Positions 7,213 to 15,550 of a DNA stretch of 32,000 nt are shown here, piece after piece (the stretch's first letter is position 1; the number at the start of each line of letters is the position of its first letter). The DNA comes from Acaryochloris marina S15 (GTDB lineage: Bacteria > Cyanobacteriota > Cyanobacteriia > Thermosynechococcales > Thermosynechococcaceae): assembly GCF_018336915.1 (NCBI RefSeq), contig NZ_CP064923.1, forward strand, positions 390,001 to 422,000, in the 5' to 3' direction. Below the pieces are notes generated by a model. The model was given only the letters and a program-made list of their open reading frames with translations. It ran no database searches and had not been told where the DNA came from. The position numbers and the translations under genes were made by a program.

Positions 7213-8769
7213 GTGAAATTATTCGTTTACCATACCCCCGAAGAGATTCCCAATAATCGTCTACCCGGCTGTGCCGTTGTTATCGACGTATTGAGAGCCA
7301 GCAGCACCATCGCTGCAGCAATTAATGCCGGAGCATCCGCCGTCCAAGTTTTTAGTGATATTGAACCATTATTAGAAGCCAGCGAAACAGTAGAGGAAGA
7401 CAAGCGAATTCGGGCAGGTGAACGAGGCGGTCGAAAAGTCAAATCCTGTGAATTTGGGAACTCCCCCTTAGCCTTTACCCCTGAGAATACCGAAGGCCGT
7501 CGATTATTTTTAAGTACAACAAATGGGACCCGCTGTTCCGAAAGCGTGCGGAACGCCTCCAAAGTCCTGATGGCCTCCTTGACCAACCGCCAGGCCGTCG
7601 TTAACTATCTCGCCACCAAGCGTCCCGGGACTGTTTGGCTAGTAGCTTCCGGTTGGGAAGGCAGTTATTCTCTCGAAGATACCGTATGTGCCGGTGCGAT
7701 TATTGACGGCATCTTAGCCGTAGGCAAAACCCCCCTCAGTAAACTAGCGGGGAATGACGAAGCCATTGCCGCCGTCTCCTTATTTCGGCAGTGGAAAGAC
7801 CAGCTACCCGAATTATTAGCCAGTGCCAGTCATGGTCAGCGTCTATTAAAGATGCGAGGTAAAGCCGATGTCGCTTATTGCTCCCAGTTAGACGTATTGG
7901 ATACCTTACCGATTCAAAAAGGCCTGGGCATATTTGTTCAGCGTAAAGCAGGTGTTATTGAAAAGACCTGTGAATTCTTAGGTCGCTTAGTGGGTCGTAA
8001 GCCCGTCAACGTGCCAGCAGTCGCCAATCCAGAAATAGAAGCTCCAGCGCCTGAGGCCAAAGAAGAAGAGCAGAAGCCATCTAAATCGAAGAACGCAGCT
8101 TCCAAAGTAGACGAGAAAGACGGGAAGCCCAAAGCAGACGTCAAATCCAAGGGCAAAGATAAGCCAGCCTCTAAAGTCGAGACGAAGCCCAAATCGAAGG
8201 GGCCTGCAGCGAAATCTCTAACAGATGGGGCACCCAAGGTAGCTGCAAAACCTAAGGCGAAAGCGGAAGTGAAGTCTAAGACAGAGACTAAGCCTAAGGC
8301 AGAAGCTAAGCCTAAGGCCAAGACAGAAGAGAAGCCCAAAGCAGAGACTAAACCTACACCCATGGCAGCCGCTCCTAAGGCCAAGATAGAGGCTAAAGAT
8401 ACTACTGCTCCCGCTCCTAAAGTTGCGTCCTCATCAGTATCAACGGCACCGAAAGTAGCTACGAAGGATGAGAGCGAGAAGTCGACTTCTGTGGCTAAGG
8501 TAGAGCCGAAGAGCAGTGCGGATAAGCCGCAGGAGCAGTCTTCATCTGCACCCCAAGCTGATGCACCAGCAGCAAAGTCTGAGCCGAAGGTAGAGAAGGC
8601 AGCACCTAAAGCAGCAGAGAAAGTGTCAGATGCAGGTAAACCCAAGGTTGATACCAAAGAAATAGCAGAGAAGGGGGAAGCACTGCTTAAGGATGTGAAG
8701 GGGCTATGGGGCAAAATGACGAAGACTAAGCCTGGGTATGAGCGTGTCCCCAACAAAAAAGAAAAGTAA
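7213..8769 (+). CDS. 2-phosphosulfolactate phosphatase (ComB) family domain fused to a long K/P/A/E-rich low-complexity C-terminal tail
   Basis: The N-terminal ~240 aa carry ComB-family motifs (VVIDVLRASSTI, GERGG, FGNSP, SHGQRL). The remaining ~270 aa stay in the same uninterrupted frame. GTG start. Confidence 0.8.
   Translation: MKLFVYHTPEEIPNNRLPGCAVVIDVLRASSTIAAAINAGASAVQVFSDIEPLLEASETVEEDKRIRAGERGGRKVKSCEFGNSPLAFTPENTEGRRLFLSTTNGTRCSESVRNASKVLMASLTNRQAVVNYLATKRPGTVWLVASGWEGSYSLEDTVCAGAIIDGILAVGKTPLSKLAGNDEAIAAVSLFRQWKDQLPELLASASHGQRLLKMRGKADVAYCSQLDVLDTLPIQKGLGIFVQRKAGVIEKTCEFLGRLVGRKPVNVPAVANPEIEAPAPEAKEEEQKPSKSKNAASKVDEKDGKPKADVKSKGKDKPASKVETKPKSKGPAAKSLTDGAPKVAAKPKAKAEVKSKTETKPKAEAKPKAKTEEKPKAETKPTPMAAAPKAKIEAKDTTAPAPKVASSSVSTAPKVATKDESEKSTSVAKVEPKSSADKPQEQSSSAPQADAPAAKSEPKVEKAAPKAAEKVSDAGKPKVDTKEIAEKGEALLKDVKGLWGKMTKTKPGYERVPNKKEK
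8240..8360 (+). repeat. Imperfect in-frame tandem repeats encoding (T/A)E(T/A)KPKA(E/K) units within the ComB tail
   Basis: AAGCCTAAGGC-type units recur. Translation: AAKPKAKAEVKSKTETKPKAEAKPKAKTEEKPKAETKP. Confidence 0.7.
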
Positions 8770-8793
8770 ATTACCAGCTAAGAGTGTGATTTA

Positions 8794-9798
8794 CTAGGTC
8801 AATCCTGGCATAGTCAAAACTTTGTCTAATGCCTGATAGATGATTTCTGGGCCTGCATCCGGACGACACCCTTGCTCAGTCAATAGCCGCTTCCAAGCTC
8901 GGCTACCAGGTTGACCTGAAAACAATTGCAGCATATGGCGGGTAATGGAGTGGGGTTTCAATAACCCTTTCGTCTTCCATTCCTCTAGGTAGTTCATCAT
9001 GGCTTGTGCAACTTTTAGCCTAGAAGGAGCAGCAATCTTTTCGTAGTAAAAGTCGCTATCAACCGTAGCAAAGAGGTAGGGATTATCATAGGCAGCTCGA
9101 CCAATCATGACTGCGTCTACTTTGGGTAATTGATTTTGCACCTGAACTAACTGGGTAAACCCGCCGTTGATTTCAATCCAGAGATGGGAAAGTTCTTGTT
9201 TTAATCGATAAACATCTTCGTAGCGTAGAGGTGGAATATCTCGGTTTTCCTTGGGACTTAAACCTTGTAGCCAAGCTTTGCGAGCATGAACGCTGAAAAT
9301 TTGACAGCCTGATGCAGTCACAGTCTGGACAAAGTGGACCATATCTTTGTAGCGATCGCAATCATCAATACCAATTCGATGCTTTACGGATACGGGTAGG
9401 TGGGTGGCCTGCATCATGGCTTCCAGGCAGGCTGCAACCTTCTCGGGCTGGGCCATCAAACAAGCTCCAAAATGGCCATTTTGGACTCGGCTACTTGGAC
9501 AGCCTACGTTTAAATTGATTTCGTCATATCCCCAGTCTGTTGCAATACGTGCACATTCAGCTAAATCTTGGGGGTTATCTCCGCCCACTTGCAAGACCAA
9601 GGGTTTTTCAATGGGAGAAAAATCGAGTAAATGATGGCGATCGCCATTTAAAATCGCGGCACTCGTCACCATCTCTGTATAAAGTAAGGTCCGTTGGGTG
9701 ATTTGTCGCATAAAGTAGCGAAAATGCCGATCGGTGCGGTCCATCATGGGCGCTACACTGACGGGATAGTGACGTTCAGAAGGGGATAAGAAGGCCAT
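8794..9798 (-). CDS. dusA: tRNA-dihydrouridine synthase A
   Basis: 334 aa. The N-terminus VAPMMDRTDRHFRYFMRQIT..LLYTEMV is typical of DusA, along with NLNVGCPS and the TIM-barrel flavoenzyme pattern. Confidence 0.9.
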   Translation of the reverse strand: MAFLSPSERHYPVSVAPMMDRTDRHFRYFMRQITQRTLLYTEMVTSAAILNGDRHHLLDFSPIEKPLVLQVGGDNPQDLAECARIATDWGYDEINLNVGCPSSRVQNGHFGACLMAQPEKVAACLEAMMQATHLPVSVKHRIGIDDCDRYKDMVHFVQTVTASGCQIFSVHARKAWLQGLSPKENRDIPPLRYEDVYRLKQELSHLWIEINGGFTQLVQVQNQLPKVDAVMIGRAAYDNPYLFATVDSDFYYEKIAAPSRLKVAQAMMNYLEEWKTKGLLKPHSITRHMLQLFSGQPGSRAWKRLLTEQGCRPDAGPEIIYQALDKVLTMPGLT

Positions 9799-9809
9799 AT
9801 TGATCCGTA

Positions 9810-11351
9810 TTAGGGGGCTTTGTTGTTAGCCATACCCTCCAATATTTGCATCGTGCCATCGGGCTTGAGGATCAGCTCAACTTGGAGTGATTGGGACGGC
9901 TTTAGGGGAGCAATAAATGGCTGGTTCACCCTAGGTAAAGGAACTTTGTCTAAATATTGAGTGGCGATGTTGTCTAAGGGGGTCACTTGTTTGAGAGAGC
10001 CATTGGTATTCAAGGTGAGCTGATATCGCAAGGGCTGCGTTAAGCCTGAGGGAACTTGCCAACGCTGCTTGAAATATTGGCGAATATTTTGGGCAGGAAC
10101 CGATGTAGGGGGAATGTATGCAGCTTCAGCATTTGTGGGAGCTTGCCGACCTAAGCGATTGAGGGCACGATCCGGTGCTCGACGGTTGCCATTGAGATTG
10201 TCAGCTTGATGTAAATCTGATCCTGCAGCGATTGTATCAGCGGTGCTTGCGGGTTCTGGTTCGGCTGCAGGGGCTGGTGCTGAAGCAGGAGGAGGAACAG
10301 AGAGCTTGGCCTGAGGCCGCACAGATTTTGAATCGGCTGGGGAGACCGCTACTGATTCTTGTAACCGTTTATTCGTCTTTTGATCACCTAAGACTTCTTG
10401 CTGGGGCGGTGGAGACTGATTAGGTAACTGCTTTTTTTGGGTAGATATGGGTGGTGGATTGAGTGCTTTGGGTTTTGCAGGGGTAGGTGGAGAAAAGGGC
10501 CTTGGTCGAGGTGCACTGGCGATGATAGAAGGCGAAGGTTGTGGTCGTTGTGCTGGACTTTCAAGGTTACTTGGGTCTACACCTGTAGAAGGGGAGGTCT
10601 CCGGTAAAGGAATGCTAGACGGTGGTGACGGAACAATAGGTGGGGGTTGGGATGTTTCCGTCGTGCTGTCCTTGGGAATAGCGGCAATCCCCTCAGCTTT
10701 ATCCGCAGATTTTGTGGGGCTATTGTCGTCTGGTTTGTCTGATGCAGTCACCCAATCTCGTTTGGATTCGGGCTGCTGCTGGGTCAGTTGTAAAGTCGCA
10801 GTAGAGACTCCCAACATTAAAACGATAACGGCTGCACTGCTTGCCCATACGGGTATGGCAGGTCGTTGACTAGGTGCTGAGGCAGGGAGGACTTCTAATT
10901 CGGCTGTACAGTCATCTAAGGCAGAGACTAAATCAAACAGTTGTGAGGCTTTCAGGGAAATCGTTTGATGGTTCGCATTGGTTGCAAGTGGTCCTAGAAC
11001 CAGATCGTGGGTGACCAAGCTGCGAGGATATAAAGAGAGTTGCGAGGCAGTGTTGGATTGAGTCTCAGCCTCTGGCTCTGGTCCAGTAATATGGGCAGGA
11101 GATGTGGCTAAGGACTGTCCAAGCCTATTCTGGACATAATGAGTCACGGTTTCCGAGAGGAGTTGTAGCTGTTCATGGTTGCCCCTAACTTCTAAGGGCT
11201 CATGATTTTGTCCAGAGAGCCCTCGAAAACTCAGCAAGAAATTGACAGATTTCAAGATCGGCCGTTTTGCCCACCGAGACAGGGGTGAGGTTTGAGCCGT
11301 AATTTCTAAGCTGCAACTTTGAGGGTGATATTGCCGAGAGATAGAAGGCAT
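9810..11351 (-). CDS. Conserved cyanobacterial protein with a DUF4335-like N-terminal domain, one TM helix, a P/S-rich spacer and a small C-terminal domain
   Basis: I prefer the internal ATG at 11351 (MPSISRQYHPQSCSLEI). The longer ORF (to 11453) would overlap the upstream gene. The TM segment is IPVWASSAAVIVLMLGVSTATLQL. The DUF4335 name is from memory of the RQY..P.C.L N-terminus and has not been searched. Confidence 0.55.
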   Translation of the reverse strand: MPSISRQYHPQSCSLEITAQTSPLSRWAKRPILKSVNFLLSFRGLSGQNHEPLEVRGNHEQLQLLSETVTHYVQNRLGQSLATSPAHITGPEPEAETQSNTASQLSLYPRSLVTHDLVLGPLATNANHQTISLKASQLFDLVSALDDCTAELEVLPASAPSQRPAIPVWASSAAVIVLMLGVSTATLQLTQQQPESKRDWVTASDKPDDNSPTKSADKAEGIAAIPKDSTTETSQPPPIVPSPPSSIPLPETSPSTGVDPSNLESPAQRPQPSPSIIASAPRPRPFSPPTPAKPKALNPPPISTQKKQLPNQSPPPQQEVLGDQKTNKRLQESVAVSPADSKSVRPQAKLSVPPPASAPAPAAEPEPASTADTIAAGSDLHQADNLNGNRRAPDRALNRLGRQAPTNAEAAYIPPTSVPAQNIRQYFKQRWQVPSGLTQPLRYQLTLNTNGSLKQVTPLDNIATQYLDKVPLPRVNQPFIAPLKPSQSLQVELILKPDGTMQILEGMANNKAP

Positions 11352-11410
11352 CGCTTTGCGTAAACACGGGTGGCCAATCTGGGTTGATTGATAGAAAGCA
11401 ACTGTAGAGT

Positions 11411-12016
11411 TTATCCTTCTATATGATTTGCCCGATCGAGCAGGGCCATCCACAACCGTCGTGGACCTTGGTTGTTGCTATAGAATAACAAATCTATTAG
11501 TAACTTTAAGCCTAGATCTGTTAGGGCATCGATGGATAAGGTATCTTCCGTCATCCGGTCTTGATAGGTGTTGGTGAAGTTATCTAAGTAATCTCCCAAT
11601 AAAGCGACTTGATGAAAGGGTTGCTCCGTTTCTGCAACAGACTCTAGTAATTCCACGGCTTCTCGAATTAGGCTTTGATGTTGGTGGGCGAGGTGGCAGC
11701 TGATCATTACGAGGGACCGGGCTTCTTCTATATCCAGTTTTTTGCGTCCGCCCGTGCCTCGGCGAAGCGGATTCGATTGTCTCAGGCGCCACAGGGATAC
11801 GCGATCGCTGACGACATCCTGGAGATTGAGATCGGCAGCAGCTTGAAGAACAGCTTCAGAACCAATACCCACTAATGCTTCTAGGGCTAGCAGTACCAGA
11901 TCCAACTGGGCTTTAATATTGTCAAGTTGCGACCGATCGGGTTGGGCAGTTTCTGTGAGGGGGAAAGAGACAAGCTTGCCCTGATCTGATGCTGGGTTGT
12001 GAAGAGAAATGTCCAT
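11411..12016 (-). CDS. Conserved cyanobacterial hypothetical protein (DUF3038-like)
   Basis: Soluble helical protein of about 200 aa. ATG at 12016, with a GTG at 12025 also possible. The family name is recalled from the LDL.LLALEAL / LWRLR..NPLRR pattern and is unverified. Confidence 0.5.
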   Translation of the reverse strand: MDISLHNPASDQGKLVSFPLTETAQPDRSQLDNIKAQLDLVLLALEALVGIGSEAVLQAAADLNLQDVVSDRVSLWRLRQSNPLRRGTGGRKKLDIEEARSLVMISCHLAHQHQSLIREAVELLESVAETEQPFHQVALLGDYLDNFTNTYQDRMTEDTLSIDALTDLGLKLLIDLLFYSNNQGPRRLWMALLDRANHIEG

Positions 12017-12040
12017 GTCTAACACAGGGCCTAAACCAGC

Positions 12041-12976
12041 TTAGGCAGGAGAGATGAGTCCTGTTTCTTGGAGGAACTGTTGGGCCACTGCTCGGGGCTC
12101 TTGGCGGTTGCCACTGACCTCATAGTTTAGACGGCGCATGGTTTCGTCCGTTAACTTGGGGGCGAGGGCGTTGAGGGTACCTTTGACTTTAGCATAGGCT
12201 TTTAAGACCGGTTGCCGGACGACAGGTGCCACTTGATAAGGGGGAAACAAATCCCGATCATCCTTTAAAACCACTAAGCCTAGGGCGTCAATCTCTCCAT
12301 CGGTGCCAAAACCAACGGCAATGTCTGCCTGACCAGACTGCAATGTCTGATAGCGTAAGCCTGGATCTGTGGCGATATAGTCTTTGAGTTTGAAGGCTCC
12401 GTAAGTGGCTTGGAGTCCTGGTAGTCCGTCTGCCCGAGCTTCAAATTCCGGTGGGCCAATCATTCGCAGCTTCTTCGCTTGCTTGGCAAAGTCAGAAATG
12501 GTTTCTAGTTGATACTTTTTTGCGGTTGCGGCGGTCACCACCAAAGCCTGAGTGTTGTTCATCGGAGCCGGATTGAGCCACACTAAGTTGAAGTCTTTTT
12601 CATAGGCTTTAGCAACTGTATCAAAAACCTGTTTGGGGTTGGTGTTACTGGGTTCTTTTAAGATGGTCAATAAGGCTGTGCCCGTATACTCCGGATAGAG
12701 GTCAATATCGCCCTTGATCAATCCTGCTTGGGCAATGGGGGCACCTCCTAAGTTGAATTTTCGCTCTACCGCTAAGTCCTGGTCCTCCAGCAGTTGGGCA
12801 TAGAGTTCACCTAAAATGAACTGCTCTGTAAAGTCTTTAGACCCCACCCGAATGACATTATCGGTGGCTTGGTCGCCACTGCCGACTTGGCAAGCCACGA
12901 TAGTGAAGCCAGTGAGGAATGCGATCGCAACTAAGGATACGAACCGTCCCCAAGGTGTCTGAGAAAATTTAGCCAA
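12041..12976 (-). CDS. Glycine betaine/choline-type ABC transporter substrate-binding lipoprotein (OpuAC/OpuBC/ProX family)
   Basis: Signal peptide with lipobox FTIVAC. Family motifs: IRVGSKDFTEQFILGELY and DIDLYPEYTGTALL. TTG start (no in-frame ATG near the N-terminus). Confidence 0.8.
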   Translation of the reverse strand: MAKFSQTPWGRFVSLVAIAFLTGFTIVACQVGSGDQATDNVIRVGSKDFTEQFILGELYAQLLEDQDLAVERKFNLGGAPIAQAGLIKGDIDLYPEYTGTALLTILKEPSNTNPKQVFDTVAKAYEKDFNLVWLNPAPMNNTQALVVTAATAKKYQLETISDFAKQAKKLRMIGPPEFEARADGLPGLQATYGAFKLKDYIATDPGLRYQTLQSGQADIAVGFGTDGEIDALGLVVLKDDRDLFPPYQVAPVVRQPVLKAYAKVKGTLNALAPKLTDETMRRLNYEVSGNRQEPRAVAQQFLQETGLISPA

Positions 12977-13085
12977 CTGCGAGATTACCCTTTACCTTCA
13001 ACCAACATGTGTTGCTATTATTCCACCTTCCGAGACCGAGGCAAGATCAAGGCTGGGATCGATTGATAGTGAAGACTGAAGTCAA

Positions 13086-13535
13086 TTAATTTTCTTTGCG
13101 GCGGATGAGCTCGTCATCCAGTTGATTTTTGAGGGACTTATTCTTACGGACTTCTTCTGTAATGGCATTGAAGTCTGTCAAAGATAGACCATGGCTACGG
13201 ATAATTTCTGCAGATTCGTTGAAAAAGCGATCGCAAATATTGTTGACCGGTGCCACTAAATCAGATTGCTTACAAATGTTTTTGGGCAGAGCCCCGCCCA
13301 TGAGTTGTTGCACTTGTTGGTAAGATTGCAACCGCAGAGGTTCCATTTGTAAAATAGCCTCTGCATATTTCCCTAATAGCTTCTCGTATTTGGGCTGACT
13401 TTGGGCAGCCGCATTAGATGACCATGTGAAGGTCGATAGATTCCCTGAGAGACCGGGTGCCAAACCACTCAACCAACTGCAAGATGCTAAAAGCAACACC
13501 CACCCCAAACGGGTGTTGATAAGAGGTTTGAACAT
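13086..13535 (-). CDS. Secreted hypothetical protein, DUF4168-like
   Basis: The internal ATG at 13535 gives a signal-peptide-like N-terminus (MFKPLINTRLGWVLLLASCSWLSG). The C-terminal helical region (GLSLTDFNAITEEVRKNKSLKNQL) resembles DUF4168. The track's start at 13676 is a TTG. Confidence 0.5.
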   Translation of the reverse strand: MFKPLINTRLGWVLLLASCSWLSGLAPGLSGNLSTFTWSSNAAAQSQPKYEKLLGKYAEAILQMEPLRLQSYQQVQQLMGGALPKNICKQSDLVAPVNNICDRFFNESAEIIRSHGLSLTDFNAITEEVRKNKSLKNQLDDELIRRKEN

Positions 13536-13672
13536 GTATGTTTGCCGTGTAAATGTTGACATGAACCCTAATAATCCCAACAAACTTGGAGTAGTATCGG
13601 TATAACTATCTTGAATCATTTTTTCTGGGGAAGTTCCAGCGTTCGTTGAATTACGGATCGATAGAAGTAATC

Positions 13673-14719
13673 TCAAAGGTTCCGATTCCTCTGACCCTGA
13701 CGGTCTTCAGGCACAACTGGAGTCGATTGGCAAATTTGACTCATTTTCACGACGGTTGTGATTAAAGTTGAGCGGGTTTCTTCACCTTGCTTTAGGGCAA
13801 CTTCCAAATCTAGGAGATAGGATAGAGAGTGACGAAGTTGCTGACATGTCACGGTTTGGACGGCTTGCTTGAGAAAATAGATTCGTTTGGGATTACCGAC
13901 TTCAGCGGATCGAGCAATGATCCGTTCATCCTGCTCTCCTGAGACCACCATCAGTTTGACCCATAACCAAGTCCGAAATTGCCGTGTCAGGGTTGCTACA
14001 ATTTTCAAACCTGGTTCATTCAGATTTAGGAGCTCAGCCACTAATCCCAATGCCTGATCTGTTTGTCCTTGGCGAATGGTTTCAGCTAACTGCAAACTGT
14101 TCTGAGTGGTGGAAGAGACCAAATGCTGAACGATCTCTAAACCGATCCGTTTATTTTGGGCAGACGAGGATAATGAATACAGCTTTAATTTCTCTAGCTC
14201 TCCGTAGAGACGACGGGTATCATTGCCTACTGCCTCGGCGAGTTGTTCTCCAGCAGCTTGGGTTAACGGCACATCCAAATCATGGACTGCCCGTTTGACC
14301 ATTTGCAAAATCTGAGCCGTTTTCCAAGGAGGAATCAGGGCAAACTCAGTGACTTGAGCCTGTTTTTGTAATAATTTCGTCAACTTGCTGCGACCGTCGG
14401 GTTTAGTGGTTTGAGTCAATAACAAGTGGGAGGTGGAAGGAAGAGCGGGGAGGGTGCGTTCAAATTCGGGGAGTAGATCGGCTGTTGCCCCCACCAAAGG
14501 GTTGGTTAACCAGACGAGACGTTGTCCTAAACCAAATGGAGGCGTCATCGCTTGATTCAGGCCTTGCATCACGGATGCGGTGCTATCGGATCCAGAAGAA
14601 ACATCTATTTTATCCAGGTTGAAACTTTGCCAATCGGGATCTAAGACCGCTTGATGCAGGTCTTGAACCGCTTTGGACAAGCGATAAGTATCTTCTCCCC
14701 AAAATAAATAAACTGGCAT
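13673..14719 (-). CDS. holA: DNA polymerase III delta subunit
   Basis: 348 aa. The N-terminus MPVYLFWGEDTYRLSKAV....W..FNLDKI is typical of cyanobacterial HolA. Confidence 0.85.
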   Translation of the reverse strand: MPVYLFWGEDTYRLSKAVQDLHQAVLDPDWQSFNLDKIDVSSGSDSTASVMQGLNQAMTPPFGLGQRLVWLTNPLVGATADLLPEFERTLPALPSTSHLLLTQTTKPDGRSKLTKLLQKQAQVTEFALIPPWKTAQILQMVKRAVHDLDVPLTQAAGEQLAEAVGNDTRRLYGELEKLKLYSLSSSAQNKRIGLEIVQHLVSSTTQNSLQLAETIRQGQTDQALGLVAELLNLNEPGLKIVATLTRQFRTWLWVKLMVVSGEQDERIIARSAEVGNPKRIYFLKQAVQTVTCQQLRHSLSYLLDLEVALKQGEETRSTLITTVVKMSQICQSTPVVPEDRQGQRNRNL

Positions 14720-14929
14720 AGCAATGTGGAGTGACTACCAACATTATGAATAGTGTGGAGGGACAAAGCGATCCTGTCCATGGGTTAGGATGCCCTTTTC
14801 TGGGGTGCAGGCAGGCATATGGGGCAGCGGCTGACTGGAGTATCCCTAACAATCTTTGCAGGTGGACGAGTGAAGAATGGCGGAGGAATGGCAGTAGAGT
14901 AAGGTGTTAGTCTTTGATGTCGTTGTGAC

Positions 14930-15550
14930 ATGACGCTTATCCTTCATCCGATTTTGCAGCAGAGCTTTGCCACAATCGATCGGGAAATTGGCCCCCATAA
15001 TTTTTCTGATGAGCAATATGCTGTCTTGCGCCGTGTCATTCACAGTACAGCGGATTTTGAGTTTCGAGAGCTGTTGCGGTTTAGCCCCGATGTGGTTGCA
15101 GTTGCCATCGCGGCATTAGCCTCCGGCACCCCCATTGTCACCGATGTGAATATGGTTTCCATTGGGATTCAAACGGTCGTTCAACAAACCTTTCAAAATC
15201 CGATTGTCACTGCAGTAGATGCCTGCCAATCTCCTCCTTTGGGACAAACTCGGACAGAAACTGGCATGCTGCAATGTCTGCAAGCTCATCCCCAGGCTAT
15301 TTATGTGATTGGCAATGCGCCAACGGCCTTATTGGCCCTCTGCCAACAGCTTGCTACCGCATCGGAACTGCCACCTCTGATTATTGGTGTACCGGTGGGT
15401 TTTATTGGTGTGATTGAAGCCAAATCAACATTAGCTCAGTCTGGGATTCCTCATATTCGGACGGAAGGTCGAAAAGGGGGATCGCCTGTTGCCGCGGCAA
15501 TTACGAATGCACTGTTAACCCTGGCATGGCAACAAAGGAATACCCTCTGA
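14930..15550 (+). CDS. cobH: Precorrin-8X (cobalt-precorrin-8) methylmutase
   Basis: 206 aa. CbiC/CobH motifs: HPILQQSF..ID, RVIHSTADFEF, VIGNAPTAL and RKGGSPVAAAI. Confidence 0.9.
   Translation: MTLILHPILQQSFATIDREIGPHNFSDEQYAVLRRVIHSTADFEFRELLRFSPDVVAVAIAALASGTPIVTDVNMVSIGIQTVVQQTFQNPIVTAVDACQSPPLGQTRTETGMLQCLQAHPQAIYVIGNAPTALLALCQQLATASELPPLIIGVPVGFIGVIEAKSTLAQSGIPHIRTEGRKGGSPVAAAITNALLTLAWQQRNTL

Noticed and set aside
7938-8756. 272-aa minus-strand ORF opposite the ComB tail
   Set aside because: It is a low-complexity A/S/G/L-rich translation that mirrors the K/P/A/E repeat region. This is a typical shadow ORF of a biased coding region, and the plus-strand frame is continuous with a recognisable enzyme domain.
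10232-10869. Plus-strand ORFs (63 and 140 aa) opposite the proline-rich spacer of the DUF4335-like gene
   Set aside because: They are glycine-rich mirrors of the P/S-rich coding strand, which makes them shadow ORFs.
11352-11453. The longer start of the DUF4335-like ORF at 11453
   Set aside because: It would overlap the upstream gene by 43 nt and add a non-conserved-looking peptide. The internal ATG at 11351 begins at the family-like MPSISRQY sequence.
13536-13676. TTG-initiated 47-aa N-terminal extension of the DUF4168-like ORF
   Set aside because: The internal ATG at 13535 yields a normal signal peptide. The extension is polar, has no signal-peptide features of its own, and overlaps the holA stop codon.
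14720-14929. Possible cobalamin riboswitch in the GC-rich, structured region upstream of cobH
   Set aside because: There is a long-range pairing (GTTAGGAT...ATCCCTAAC). However, I could not find the conserved B12-box core or the GGGAA/GGTGAAA-type elements of the cobalamin riboswitch. A covariance-model scan with the Rfam cobalamin riboswitch model would settle it.
14610-15043. Minus-strand ORFs of 80 and 65 aa spanning the holA/cobH divergent region
   Set aside because: They overlap the real holA and cobH starts, carry no motifs, and look like chance ORFs in a promoter region.
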